Shown: positions 7,132 through 16,586 of the stretch, piece by piece | Layout: each line of letters begins with the position of its first letter | Position numbering within the stretch: the first letter of the stretch is position 1 | DNA from: a virus | Lineage: Duplodnaviria; Caudoviricetes | Length of the DNA: 24,613 bases | Strand: one strand, 5' to 3' | Virus record (IMG/VR): IMGVR_UViG_3300044513_001988 | Location: 1 to 24,613 of that record | The notes under the pieces: generated by a model | The model's input: the letters and a program-made list of their open reading frames with translations, nothing else | What the model was told of the DNA's origin: nothing | Databases searched by the model: none | Program-made: the position numbers and the translations under genes

Positions 7132-7851
7132 ATGCCTACCTTTGGCGCTGATCCAGATGCCCCCGACAACGGTTGGGAAGAGCGTACGGGCACCAAAAAG
7201 AGAGCAAGTAACAAGGTCTATGAATTGGTTAAGTACTTTGGGTACCATCGTTCTATGCGTATGAGCCAGAGGTTTGGCCAAGAAGACAAAGCAATTCTTT
7301 CTAGTAATTTCTCTCGTCTTCTTTCAAAAGGATTCACAACAGACGAAATAAAGTCGTTGGTGGATAGGTTTTACTCATCACCGTATTCCTCTTCGGAGTA
7401 CCCCGCTTTGATGTTCTGCAAAAAAGAGGTACAAGAAGAACTGTCCGCTGAGTCGTCTGTTCTTCTAGCCGATGTAGTAGCCCAGTGGTTGCTAGATGGT
7501 ATGCCTAACAACGGGCCTTTTATGGACACTAGGGAGGTTCGCAGGGCGGTTTTACTCGTGTGCGATGAATCTGTTCTCCGCTACCCAGAACTCGTTGTTG
7601 ACATTATTCGCATAGACGACCCAGAGCCGTACCTGTCGGAAAGGTTGTCCGCTTTAGAAGATCTAATCTCGTGGAATCTTGGAGATAACGAGAGCGGTTC
7701 TGGACAACTGCGTGATACTTTGTCTATGATCACTCTTCCCCAAGAGTTGGCCTCCCCGGTTAAATCCCCTAAAAGCATGAAGAAGAAACACAGCACGGTT
7801 AAGCAGGCAGTCCTCTCTATAAAGTCCGTAACCAATAAGGAGCGCTGGTGA
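7132..7851 (+). CDS. Hypothetical protein upstream of helicase loader (possible replication initiation factor)
   Basis: ATG 7132 is preferred because the track start at 6988 is the -35 box. Its stop overlaps the next GTG. Function inferred from position only. Confidence 0.7.
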   Translation: MPTFGADPDAPDNGWEERTGTKKRASNKVYELVKYFGYHRSMRMSQRFGQEDKAILSSNFSRLLSKGFTTDEIKSLVDRFYSSPYSSSEYPALMFCKKEVQEELSAESSVLLADVVAQWLLDGMPNNGPFMDTREVRRAVLLVCDESVLRYPELVVDIIRIDDPEPYLSERLSALEDLISWNLGDNESGSGQLRDTLSMITLPQELASPVKSPKSMKKKHSTVKQAVLSIKSVTNKERW

Positions 7852-8417
7852 ACTACAGCACACCATTAGACTGGAAAAGCGAAAACTGGTGGCGTAACCG
7901 TTCCGTAGGGGAGCGGTTGTTTCATCTACACGTTCCTAAGCGCATCCATGAAGCGATGGAGGACTGGCCAGCGGTGGCTCTCCGAGGTGATGGAAACTTG
8001 TTTATACAAGGCCCCTCCGGCTCCGGTAAATCACTGATTGCGGCACGCACCTTGACGGAGGCCGTCAAGGAGCACAGCGTATCGGGTCGTTGGTTGGAGG
8101 CGGACGACTACATAGAGATGATTAAGGATTCGTTTGATAATGACGGCTTACTCCCAGAAATGTACTCAAGCCCTCACATTGTGAAGTACGTCAAAGGAGT
8201 ATTCGATGTGGTGGTCATTGATGGTTTAGGAGAAGAGAGGTTGACGGAGTTTGCCAGCCACGAATTGGGTAGCCTCATCCGTAAACGGTATGACAAACAA
8301 AAGGCGACTATCATTACCTCTCGTTTGTCTATCCAAGACATTAAGAGCCGGTATGGATCACGCTTAGCGAATCCGTTAGCCGATTTTGACTTTGAGGACG
8401 CTCGTGGAAAAAGGTGA
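7848..8417 (+). CDS. DnaC/IstB-like AAA+ ATPase (helicase loader)
   Basis: Walker A GPSGSGKS, Walker B VVVIDGLGEE, and RY...TIITS..S...YGSRL. Confidence 0.85.
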   Translation: MNYSTPLDWKSENWWRNRSVGERLFHLHVPKRIHEAMEDWPAVALRGDGNLFIQGPSGSGKSLIAARTLTEAVKEHSVSGRWLEADDYIEMIKDSFDNDGLLPEMYSSPHIVKYVKGVFDVVVIDGLGEERLTEFASHELGSLIRKRYDKQKATIITSRLSIQDIKSRYGSRLANPLADFDFEDARGKR

Positions 8418-8856
8418 CATCGCCCCCACCACGCATAAGCACATCGCCTGCTGGTTTGAGGATCTACTTATAACTCGTCAGGAAGAACCGCAGAAGCGTA
8501 AGTTGTTTCGTCGTGATAAAGAGTTGACAGATGATGAGTGGATTAAGCAGGAAGTGAGGCGCTGGCGTGTAAACGAGTTGCCTCTCAAGTCTGTTTATCA
8601 CATGGTCAATCAGTTGGACTTGGGCGTAGAGGTGTACACATACTACGAGGAAGAATTAGTAGAGCAGGTAGAGCATTGGCTTGCTCGTAAAGGCATCAGT
8701 GTGAGCGTATACGCTTACTATGACTTTGACACGCTGCGTGACGACTTTAAGTACAACCGTGACGTTCACACCCTGTTTACTCCGTACGAAGACGACGCGG
8801 CAGTGCTTGGTTTTCGTGCAACCGTTACAAAACCTGATGGGACGTTTGGGATCTAA
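8404..8856 (+). CDS. Hypothetical phage protein
   Basis: Probable GTG start at 8404 after GAGG (track start 8386); stop overlaps the dnaB ATG. Confidence 0.75.
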   Translation: MEKGDIAPTTHKHIACWFEDLLITRQEEPQKRKLFRRDKELTDDEWIKQEVRRWRVNELPLKSVYHMVNQLDLGVEVYTYYEEELVEQVEHWLARKGISVSVYAYYDFDTLRDDFKYNRDVHTLFTPYEDDAAVLGFRATVTKPDGTFGI

Positions 8857-10106
8857 TGGCAGCAATTGAGCATCTAGTAATAAGCAAGATAATTGAAGAG
8901 CAGTCTCTTAGTGAGGCGTCTAAGTCAGGTATTAAGACAGTGTACTTTGCTGGTGACTGGCAAAACGTATACCAATGGATTATCGAGTATAACAGCAAGC
9001 ACGGCGCTGTACCCACAGAGCGTGCATTCAGCACTGCTTATGGTGACATTGAGATAGTCGACACTGCTAGCGAGTCGTTTAGTGGTTTGTTTGAAGAACT
9101 TCTAGACGCCTATCGCTCCCGCACGATCATAGATGCGGTCAGTGCGGCTATGGGTCCACTTGACAAGGACAACGTCAAGGATGCCATGGCTATTCTTTCG
9201 ACTGGTCTACAAGCAGCCAGTACCGACACGGCTCGTTTGCGGGACTTCAATATTATTGAGGGTTGGGAAGACCAACTCCAGATGTATAGGGAGATGAAAG
9301 AAAACCCGAACGCCTTGCGTGGTATACCTACTGGGTTCGCTGGGTTGGACAGAGTGACCTACGGTCTACGTCCCCAGCAGTTCGTTGTTATGGTAGGCGA
9401 ACCAAAACGTGGTAAGTCATTGTTCGAGTTAATCATGGCTATAGCCTGCCACCGTCACGGCCTTCAGCCTTTGTTTATCTCCTTTGAGATGTCGGTAGCG
9501 GAGCAGAGGTCTCGTTTCTATTCCCTTATCGCCAAGATTCCGTACGAGCGTATCTTAAGCGGGCAGATGTCTGAGAAAGAGTTTGACCGTCTGGAAAAGT
9601 CTATGCGGATGATGAAGAACATGCACCCATTTAGGATGTCCGAAGACAGTAGTAGCCTCACGACCATCAGCGCCATTGCCGGTAAGATTCAGGAGTACCA
9701 GCCTGACGCCGTGTTTATCGACGGTATGTATCTGATGGATGATGAGAATGGTGAGCCGAAGGGATCGCCGCAGGCTTTGACCAACATCACTCGTGGGGTA
9801 AAGCGCCTAGCGCAGAGATTCGACATCCCTGTTGTGGGCACGTCTCAGGTTCTGTCGTGGAAGTTGAACAACAAGCGTACACGTGCTATCACCGCAGACT
9901 CTATTGGTTACACTTCGTCGTTTGTACAGGATGCTGATTTGGTTCTTGGCGTAGAGCGTAACCCAGACCTTGACGATCAGGCCATCATCCGCGTGGTAGA
10001 GGCACGTACCGCCCCCCACGCTGAAATACATGTAAAATGGGACTGGCAGACAATGGAGTTTGCGGAAGTATCGGAGGTTGATGAAATTGACCCATCATTC
10101 GACTGA
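8856..10106 (+). CDS. dnaB: Replicative DNA helicase, DnaB-like
   Basis: GIPTGFAGLD, GEPKRGKS, FISFEMS, VFIDGMYLM, KRLAQRFDIPVVGTSQ, QDADLV. Confidence 0.95.
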   Translation: MAAIEHLVISKIIEEQSLSEASKSGIKTVYFAGDWQNVYQWIIEYNSKHGAVPTERAFSTAYGDIEIVDTASESFSGLFEELLDAYRSRTIIDAVSAAMGPLDKDNVKDAMAILSTGLQAASTDTARLRDFNIIEGWEDQLQMYREMKENPNALRGIPTGFAGLDRVTYGLRPQQFVVMVGEPKRGKSLFELIMAIACHRHGLQPLFISFEMSVAEQRSRFYSLIAKIPYERILSGQMSEKEFDRLEKSMRMMKNMHPFRMSEDSSSLTTISAIAGKIQEYQPDAVFIDGMYLMDDENGEPKGSPQALTNITRGVKRLAQRFDIPVVGTSQVLSWKLNNKRTRAITADSIGYTSSFVQDADLVLGVERNPDLDDQAIIRVVEARTAPHAEIHVKWDWQTMEFAEVSEVDEIDPSFD

Positions 10107-10107
10107 C

Positions 10108-10242
10108 ATGGACATCGTGGAGCGTTTGGAGTACGCATCTATGAGTACCCCAGAAATATCTCTATTGAGAGAAGCGGCTCAGTACATCAGGAAACTTCGT
10201 GAGGAAATCAAGGAAAATGAGTCACACGGACGATCTGACTGA
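10108..10242 (+). CDS. Small hypothetical protein (DIVERL...EAA..I..LR type)
   Basis: Fills the dnaB-primase gap and matches a common small phage protein pattern. An alternative start is at 10081. Confidence 0.6.
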   Translation: MDIVERLEYASMSTPEISLLREAAQYIRKLREEIKENESHGRSD

Positions 10243-11122
10243 AGTACTGATAGGGCTAGGTGTTGAAGTCCGCAAGGTACAGAATGATGAGATTAACGGT
10301 AGGTGCCCTGTACACCACCTGACTAAGGGCCGGGAGAGTTCTCGGTATTCTTGGTACATTAACTCCGACACCGGGTTGTGGTACTGCTTCTCTTGCGGTG
10401 CTCGGGGCAACTTGCCCTACCTAGTAAGTCAGTTGACGGACGATCCTTCCGCTTTGTGGAGCATACAGTCCCACTTGATTAACAGCGGTATTCGCCGGTT
10501 AACCGAGGTAGAGAAAGAAGTCACCGAACATCGTGAGACGGTTGACTGGGTTCACTACGCTAAGTTTTCCCCTCTTCCAGACCGGGTTATAAGTCTACGA
10601 AACTTAGATGAGGATGTCGTCCGTAAGTACGGCATACGGTGGGATGCGTATAACAAGGCCACCGTTATCCCTATCGTGTCCCCTCTAGGAGAATTGTGGG
10701 GGTGGCAACTTAAGAAGCATGGTTGGGTACGCAACAGGCCCGAGGGAGTCCACAAAGGAGATACCTTATTTGGTATCGAACGTGCGTTCGGTAAAGTAGC
10801 CCTACTGCTTGAGTCCCCCTTAGATGTAGTCCGCTTCCACAGCGTGTACGCCGGTGAGGACATCTCCGCCGTGGCTTCGTTCGGTGCTAACGTTTCCGAA
10901 ACTCAGATCACTATGCTGGCCGACAGGTTTGACGGGGTTATCCTTGCCTTAGACAATGACAATGCTGGGTCTCTGGAGACCCGTCGTCTGTCGTCGGCGT
11001 TCCCCTCCCTACGTCGAAGGGTCAAGTTCTGGCGGTACGATGAAGGCGTAAAGGACTTAGGCGACATGACTGACTACCAGATTATAAGCGGTATCGATAG
11101 GGCAAGTGTTATCCGTGTTTAA
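10217..11122 (+). CDS. dnaG: DNA primase (CHC2 zinc finger plus TOPRIM)
   Basis: CPVH...CFSC zinc finger; LESPLD, FGA and LDNDNAG TOPRIM motifs; KDLGD. ATG 10217 follows AAGGA. Confidence 0.9.
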   Translation: MSHTDDLTEVLIGLGVEVRKVQNDEINGRCPVHHLTKGRESSRYSWYINSDTGLWYCFSCGARGNLPYLVSQLTDDPSALWSIQSHLINSGIRRLTEVEKEVTEHRETVDWVHYAKFSPLPDRVISLRNLDEDVVRKYGIRWDAYNKATVIPIVSPLGELWGWQLKKHGWVRNRPEGVHKGDTLFGIERAFGKVALLLESPLDVVRFHSVYAGEDISAVASFGANVSETQITMLADRFDGVILALDNDNAGSLETRRLSSAFPSLRRRVKFWRYDEGVKDLGDMTDYQIISGIDRASVIRV

Positions 11123-12653
11123 AGGACAATTATGGCCCTACCAGCAAGAGGCAGTAGAGCGGATGACCGACCGTGGCCAGATGCTTTTAGGCATGGTGAT
11201 GGGTGCTGGAAAAACCCCCACAACATTGGGGGCTGTGGAGCAACTGTTTGAAGAAGGGGAGATTGAACGTTGTTTAGTAATCGTCCCCGCTTCCCTAAAG
11301 TACCAGTGGGCTAGAGAGATCTCTAAGTTCACAGACGCTAAATGCACGGTAATCGATGGTCCTAAGAACAGGCGTACGGCACAATGGAGGTTCTCTAAGC
11401 ACAGTCGTTATGTTGTGGTTAACTCTGAGACTTTGGCAAACGATATAGGTCAGTTAGGTACCATACAAGCAGTGGTCGTGGACGAGAGCACCATGATAAA
11501 GAACAGGTCTGCTAAGCGTTCTAGGCTCATTAAAAGGGTCGGCAGGACTGTTGCTTACCGGTTTGCTCTCACGGGACAGCCTATTGAGAATCGTCCTGAA
11601 GAACTATTTAGCATTATGGAGTTCGTTGACAAAGATGTTTTAGGTGATTTTAAGACATTTGATAGGACTTTCATAGTCAGAGATCACTGGGGTAAACCCA
11701 CTAGATATCGTAATTTAGACAAAATGCACAAGGTAATGCAAGAGTGTATGGTTCGTAAAACTAGGGACGATATTAAAGATCAGTTGCCTGACATAATTCA
11801 TCAAACTATACCCGTCCCCTTTGATACTCGTGGCGCTGCTCTATACAAGCACATATCCCACGATCTACTATCAAAGATTAGTGACGCTATGTCGAACTCT
11901 CGTGGTTCATTTAACTTGTGGGCACACTACAACGGCTCCGGCGGAGACGATGCTCAAGGGCAGATCATGTCTAGGCTTACCGTTTTACGTATGCTATGCG
12001 ACAACCCGGACTTGATTGCCGAGTCGGCACGGGAATACGGTGATAAGAATTCCCCCCACGGTAGTGAGTATGCCCATGATATCGTGCGACAAGGACGGCT
12101 AGAGGGCGTCAATGCAGCCCCCAAACTGGATGCTTGTGTCGAATACATACGACAGGTACTTGACGAGAGCGATGACAACAAGGTAGTTTTGTTCTCCTTC
12201 TTTAAGAAGAACTTGCGTCTCATAAAGCAGGCGACCGAAGGGCTGACCGACAGCGTACTGTTTATGGGGGGAATGAGTGCTGAGGAAAGAGATGCCGCTA
12301 AACAACGGTTTACCGAAGACCCCAGTTGTAGGTTATTTCTTTCTTCAGACGCTGGTGGTTACGGGGTTGACCTCCCGATAGCCAACTACTTGATAAGTTA
12401 CGACCTTCCATGGAGTAGCGGAAAGTTAGAACAACGAGAGGCAAGAATCATCAGGCTTTCGTCTGAGTTTCCTCACGTTACTATTGCAACGTTCGTCATG
12501 CAGGGTAGTATCGAAGAGCGTCAGTACGAGATGCTGCAAGTTAAAAGGTCTGTTAACGAGGCTTTTATTGACGGTAAGCACCACGACAACGACGGAAGTA
12601 TGGAATTAAATATGGACACACTCTCTCAGTTTTTGAGAGAGTCAAACGTATAG
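11106..12653 (+). CDS. SNF2-family (SF2) helicase/ATPase
   Basis: LWPYQ, MGAGKT, VPASLKYQW, VVDEST, LTGQPIEN, AGGYGVDL, YDLPWS, QREARIIR. The start may be GTG 11115. Confidence 0.92.
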   Translation: MLSVFKGQLWPYQQEAVERMTDRGQMLLGMVMGAGKTPTTLGAVEQLFEEGEIERCLVIVPASLKYQWAREISKFTDAKCTVIDGPKNRRTAQWRFSKHSRYVVVNSETLANDIGQLGTIQAVVVDESTMIKNRSAKRSRLIKRVGRTVAYRFALTGQPIENRPEELFSIMEFVDKDVLGDFKTFDRTFIVRDHWGKPTRYRNLDKMHKVMQECMVRKTRDDIKDQLPDIIHQTIPVPFDTRGAALYKHISHDLLSKISDAMSNSRGSFNLWAHYNGSGGDDAQGQIMSRLTVLRMLCDNPDLIAESAREYGDKNSPHGSEYAHDIVRQGRLEGVNAAPKLDACVEYIRQVLDESDDNKVVLFSFFKKNLRLIKQATEGLTDSVLFMGGMSAEERDAAKQRFTEDPSCRLFLSSDAGGYGVDLPIANYLISYDLPWSSGKLEQREARIIRLSSEFPHVTIATFVMQGSIEERQYEMLQVKRSVNEAFIDGKHHDNDGSMELNMDTLSQFLRESNV

Positions 12654-12661
12654 GAGACAAG

Positions 12662-13078
12662 ATGGATATAGAGAGAGTTGCAGAAGAGTACCTAAAGCAA
12701 ATCAAGCATATTGACATGCTCAAAAAGCAAGTAGAAGAGTACAAAAAGATGCTTGTCGATGCCGTCACAGAGAATGGTGAAGAGGACGATAAAGGCCACC
12801 AGTGGCTACCGGCTGGGCGTTACATGCTTCAGCGTCAACGTCGTCAGGGCAGTAAGAGCGTGAACCACGAGCGGGCAGAGCAGTGGGCAAAGGCCCGAGG
12901 CATCTGGGATTCTATCAGTAAAACCATAGAGGTTGTAGACGAGGATGCCCTCGTTGCGTACATCTACGACCATCGAGACGAGGCTGGGCTGGAGGAAGAG
13001 TACCAGTCTTTGATCGATACGCCAAAACCTAGTTACGCTTTCATGAAGCCGGTTGAGGGAGCAACTTACGACTACTGA
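12662..13078 (+). CDS. Hypothetical protein with N-terminal coiled coil
   Basis: AGGAG RBS; 138-aa ORF within the operon. Confidence 0.8.
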   Translation: MDIERVAEEYLKQIKHIDMLKKQVEEYKKMLVDAVTENGEEDDKGHQWLPAGRYMLQRQRRQGSKSVNHERAEQWAKARGIWDSISKTIEVVDEDALVAYIYDHRDEAGLEEEYQSLIDTPKPSYAFMKPVEGATYDY

Positions 13079-13081
13079 ACA

Positions 13082-13092
13082 TGTGCTATCGT
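13082..13092 (+). promoter_or_regulatory. Extended -10 promoter element TGTGCTATCGT
   Basis: TGnTANNNT just after the stop at 13078; parallels 1025 and 21193. Confidence 0.45.
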
Positions 13093-13128
13093 CGTAACTT
13101 CACCAAACACATAGAAAGGCCAACTGAG

Positions 13129-13278
13129 ATGAGTCAAACTGCTTCTGCTCCCTCCCCCACTACCGCTGTCGCCGCCGATGCGGCTTTCTTTTTGTCAAGA
13201 GTCGTACCTAGGGGTGACGACGAAGCAAGGCGACTTGACCGCGCTATCCGGTTGCTCCAAGGGCTATCCGCAAAGTAA
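13129..13278 (+). CDS. 49-aa hypothetical protein
   Basis: AGAAAGG RBS before ATG 13129; MSQTASAPS...LSRVVPRGDDEARRL. Confidence 0.65.
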   Translation: MSQTASAPSPTTAVAADAAFFLSRVVPRGDDEARRLDRAIRLLQGLSAK

Positions 13279-13308
13279 CAACTATCTACCGATACAATAT
13301 GGGGCAGT

Positions 13309-13785
13309 ATGAGTACCGATCCGTTGGATTTGTTTAACGCTATTATCTCCGAAAAGGAAGCAGAGCAGCAATCTGCGCAGGACGGTCCCGACTTTCCCGG
13401 TAAGACTGCTCCGAGAAATCGTGGAAAGGTCATTGACAACGTAACTCATGAGTGGTTAAATGGCCTCAAGTACCAAGAGTACGCAGTAAAAGGTGTTACT
13501 CGTAAGTTCTACACAGTGGGGGCTTTGGCCTCCGCACTCAATAGAAAGCCTGTGACCATCAGGTCATGGGAGGCGAAAGGGTGGATTCCCCCAGCCTCTT
13601 TCCGAACCCCAGCCCCTCGCTCAGAACAGATTCCGGGCAAGGCGGTAAAGGGTAGGAGACTCTACAGTGAAGCACAGATTGTCTTCATTGTAGAAGCAGC
13701 GATGCAGTTTAATATTGACGACCCACATCAAAATGATTGGGACGGCTTTCGTAAGCACATCGCTGAGAAATACCCAACACACTGA
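13309..13785 (+). CDS. MerR-like helix-turn-helix DNA-binding protein
   Basis: YTVGALASALNRKPVTIRSWEAKGWIP...GRRLYSEAQI matches the MerR winged-HTH pattern; no effector domain is evident. Confidence 0.85.
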   Translation: MSTDPLDLFNAIISEKEAEQQSAQDGPDFPGKTAPRNRGKVIDNVTHEWLNGLKYQEYAVKGVTRKFYTVGALASALNRKPVTIRSWEAKGWIPPASFRTPAPRSEQIPGKAVKGRRLYSEAQIVFIVEAAMQFNIDDPHQNDWDGFRKHIAEKYPTH

Positions 13786-13804
13786 CAAGAAGAGAGTTAA
13801 AGAC

Positions 13805-14491
13805 ATGGGACGTTTTGATACGGACACTATTGACAATGACGACATCGTCGATGCTCCTGCCGTTGAGCAGGACAGCGACCTTAACGTGGCTCAGGCTCGC
13901 CGTGTAATCAAGCGCGGTTGGGGCAACGTAGAGCAAACCAAGCAGGCTGACAGCCCGTTTGCCCAGCGCCTGAAGATTGATGACAAGCCAGTCATCGTGA
14001 AGTTCCTAGAAGAAGAGCCGTATACGAGTTTCCGTATGCACTGGGTGGAGCGTCAAGGGCAGAAGTCCTTTACCTGCCTGTCAGATATGCACCCACAGGG
14101 TTGCCCTCTGTGCGATGCAGGACACCGCCCCTCAGCACGCTTTGCGTTTAACGTGGCTCTGCTTACTGAGGATGGAGACACCACCATCAAGTCTTACGAA
14201 GTCGGTCCCCGAGTGATCGACAGCCTTAAGAACTTTCATCAAGACCCCCGGCAGGGTCCGCTTCCTAAGCACTACTGGGCAATCTCCCGCAGTGGTAAGG
14301 GGCCGACCTCGCAAACCAACCATCAGATGGTTCGTGATCGGGACTTGGAAGAAGAGTGGAACATCTCACCTTTGACCGACGACGCTTTAGAGCAGGTTAT
14401 GAAGCAGGCTTACGATACCAGTATCGTACCTATTCCTAACCGTAAGACTTTGCTTACCATTGCTGCTGAGGAATTGGATTACGAAAACTGA
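13805..14491 (+). CDS. Single-stranded DNA-binding protein, gp32-like
   Basis: VKFLE...HW...FTC...CPLC...FAFNV...ISRSGKG.TS pattern, acidic C-terminus, and location before the polymerase. ATG 13805 lies after the upstream stop. Confidence 0.72.
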   Translation: MGRFDTDTIDNDDIVDAPAVEQDSDLNVAQARRVIKRGWGNVEQTKQADSPFAQRLKIDDKPVIVKFLEEEPYTSFRMHWVERQGQKSFTCLSDMHPQGCPLCDAGHRPSARFAFNVALLTEDGDTTIKSYEVGPRVIDSLKNFHQDPRQGPLPKHYWAISRSGKGPTSQTNHQMVRDRDLEEEWNISPLTDDALEQVMKQAYDTSIVPIPNRKTLLTIAAEELDYEN

Positions 14492-14494
14492 TTC

Positions 14495-16585
14495 ATGGCT
14501 GACGGCACAGCGTGGCGGCGGGGGTATGGTGCCCCCGCCGTCACTACCATGGAAGAGTTATTGTCGGTAGTCGATATTGTCAAGAGCGAACGTCAGTTCA
14601 CATTTGACGTAGAGACTCGTGGAAACATTGAACGGCACGCCGATGTTATGGACTTGGTGGAGCGTGAGTGGGCTGAGAAAGAGGCTTCGCTCAAAGTCAC
14701 CCACCCCACAACCGTTCAGCGGTCACGTCAGGCCATTGAGGATAAGTGGCGAGGTAGGGTTGCTCTTGACCCCTTTCGGAATGATGTGTTCTGGATAGGG
14801 ATAGGCACTCGTGGCAACTCTTGGGCGATACCAATGGGGCACCCCAACGGAGAGGTTCTGGTTCCAGAGGAGAGAGGGGACGGCTCAACTGTCCCTCCGC
14901 CCGGATACCGTGCGGTTCTGTCATCTGGCAAGGAGTCGATGGCAAGGTCTAAGTACTTCATACCGGCTACGTTCACAGACGCCCCCGAGCAGTTGACCCA
15001 AGAACAGGTGTTCACCGCTTTGGAACCGTTGTTTATGGATGAGGACATTGTCAAGATCAACCAGAACATCAAGTTCGATGCTAAGTCCGTCGCTAAGTAT
15101 TACGGTGGGGATTTACCTAAGGGTAGGTACATAGACACCCAGATCCTCATGCACCTAGTCAATGAGAACCTACTTAACTACCGTTTAGTAACCATTTTGG
15201 ACACGGTGTTCAAGTTTGACCCGTACCATCGTGACGGGAAGATCGGTAAGACGCTGACCACGGAACCGTTCAGCAAAGCCTGCCGGTACGTCCACTACGA
15301 CGTTCGTTGGGCGTGGTTAGCCTACAAACGATTGTTTCGTAAGATTCAACACTCAACCATGATGGACGCTCTGTATCTGGAGTTGGACGTGTTGCCAGTC
15401 CTAGCCCAGATGGAGATGAACGGAGTCAGGGTTAACAAGCGCGAGATGACTAAACTCGGTAAAGAGTTAGACCTCAATATCAATCTTAATCTGGTTGATA
15501 TCTCTCAATACGCCCCCGTAGGCTTCAACCCCGACAGTAACTCTCATAAAGTCCAGTTCCTGTTCGGCAAAAAGCGTGAGGGCGGGCTAGGTCTCAAGCC
15601 AAAGAAAGTCACGGCTAAAGGCAACCCTAGCGTCGATGATGACTCGTTGAAGTCGCTACAGGGTAAGCACCCGGTTGTAGACCTGCTGATGAACCATGCA
15701 GAGTTAAAGAAGATGAAGTCAACCTACGTTGACGGTCTGATTCCTTTGCTACACAGAGACCGGCTGCATCCACAGTTTCATCTTCACAGGACTGCAACTG
15801 GTCGTCTGTCTGCCAGCGACCCCAACCTACAGAACATCCCACGTGACGGACGGGTTCGTAGCCTATTCGTAGCAGAGCCTGAGAACAGTCTGATAGTCGC
15901 TGACTACTCTCAGATTGAGATGCGTATTATGGCTATGTACTCTCAAGACTCTGCTCTACTACACATTTTTAGTGAGAATATCGACGTACACGCCGGTACT
16001 GCCAGTGTTATTCTGGGCAAGCCCCCAGAGGAGATCACCGGTGAAGAGAGAAACATCTACGGAAAAGTCCCGAACTTTCTCATGGGATATGGTGGTGGTC
16101 CTAAGCGTCTCGTTGATGCTACCGGTGGTCAGTTATCTCTTGATGAGGCTCGTACTGTCGTAGACAACTACAACGCGGGGTACTCTGGATTGACTGAGTG
16201 GAAGAACAAGGTTATCCGTAAAGCCCGATCTCAGGGGTATGTAGAGACAATGAAGGGGCGTCGCAGGCGTGTACCCGACCTCGGTTCTGACGATTTTGCT
16301 TCTCGTGCTAGATCTGAGCGTCAGGCTATTAACGCAGTAGTGCAGGGTACAGCGTCAGAGATTTGCAAAGAAGCAATGATTAAGGTGTACAACGTTTTGC
16401 CTTTCCCAGAGTGTAAGATGTTAGTGCAAGTTCACGACGAGATCGTGATAAGCGTCCCCTCTCAGGATGTCACACGATGGGAGAGGGACTTAGAAAAAGC
16501 AATGGGAAATGGCAGAGTTATCGAAGGTGTTGCATTAGAGGTAGAGGCACACCATGCCCGATCTTGGGCAGAAGCGAAAGGTTGA
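14495..16585 (+). CDS. polA: DNA polymerase family A (3'-5' exonuclease plus polymerase; no 5'-3' exonuclease)
   Basis: ExoI FDVET, ExoII NIKFD, ExoIII YVHYD; TATGRLSASDPNLQNIP; motif A DYSQIEMR; motif B KVPNFLMGYG; motif C VHDE. Confidence 0.96.
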   Translation: MADGTAWRRGYGAPAVTTMEELLSVVDIVKSERQFTFDVETRGNIERHADVMDLVEREWAEKEASLKVTHPTTVQRSRQAIEDKWRGRVALDPFRNDVFWIGIGTRGNSWAIPMGHPNGEVLVPEERGDGSTVPPPGYRAVLSSGKESMARSKYFIPATFTDAPEQLTQEQVFTALEPLFMDEDIVKINQNIKFDAKSVAKYYGGDLPKGRYIDTQILMHLVNENLLNYRLVTILDTVFKFDPYHRDGKIGKTLTTEPFSKACRYVHYDVRWAWLAYKRLFRKIQHSTMMDALYLELDVLPVLAQMEMNGVRVNKREMTKLGKELDLNINLNLVDISQYAPVGFNPDSNSHKVQFLFGKKREGGLGLKPKKVTAKGNPSVDDDSLKSLQGKHPVVDLLMNHAELKKMKSTYVDGLIPLLHRDRLHPQFHLHRTATGRLSASDPNLQNIPRDGRVRSLFVAEPENSLIVADYSQIEMRIMAMYSQDSALLHIFSENIDVHAGTASVILGKPPEEITGEERNIYGKVPNFLMGYGGGPKRLVDATGGQLSLDEARTVVDNYNAGYSGLTEWKNKVIRKARSQGYVETMKGRRRRVPDLGSDDFASRARSERQAINAVVQGTASEICKEAMIKVYNVLPFPECKMLVQVHDEIVISVPSQDVTRWERDLEKAMGNGRVIEGVALEVEAHHARSWAEAKG
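14512..14544 (+). terminator. GC-rich hairpin just downstream of the SSB gene (terminator/attenuator-like, no U-tract)
   Basis: GTGGCGGCGGGGG (14512-14524) pairs with CCCCCGCCGTCAC (14532-14544): 13 bp with one G-U. Confidence 0.5.
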
Positions 16586-16586
16586 T

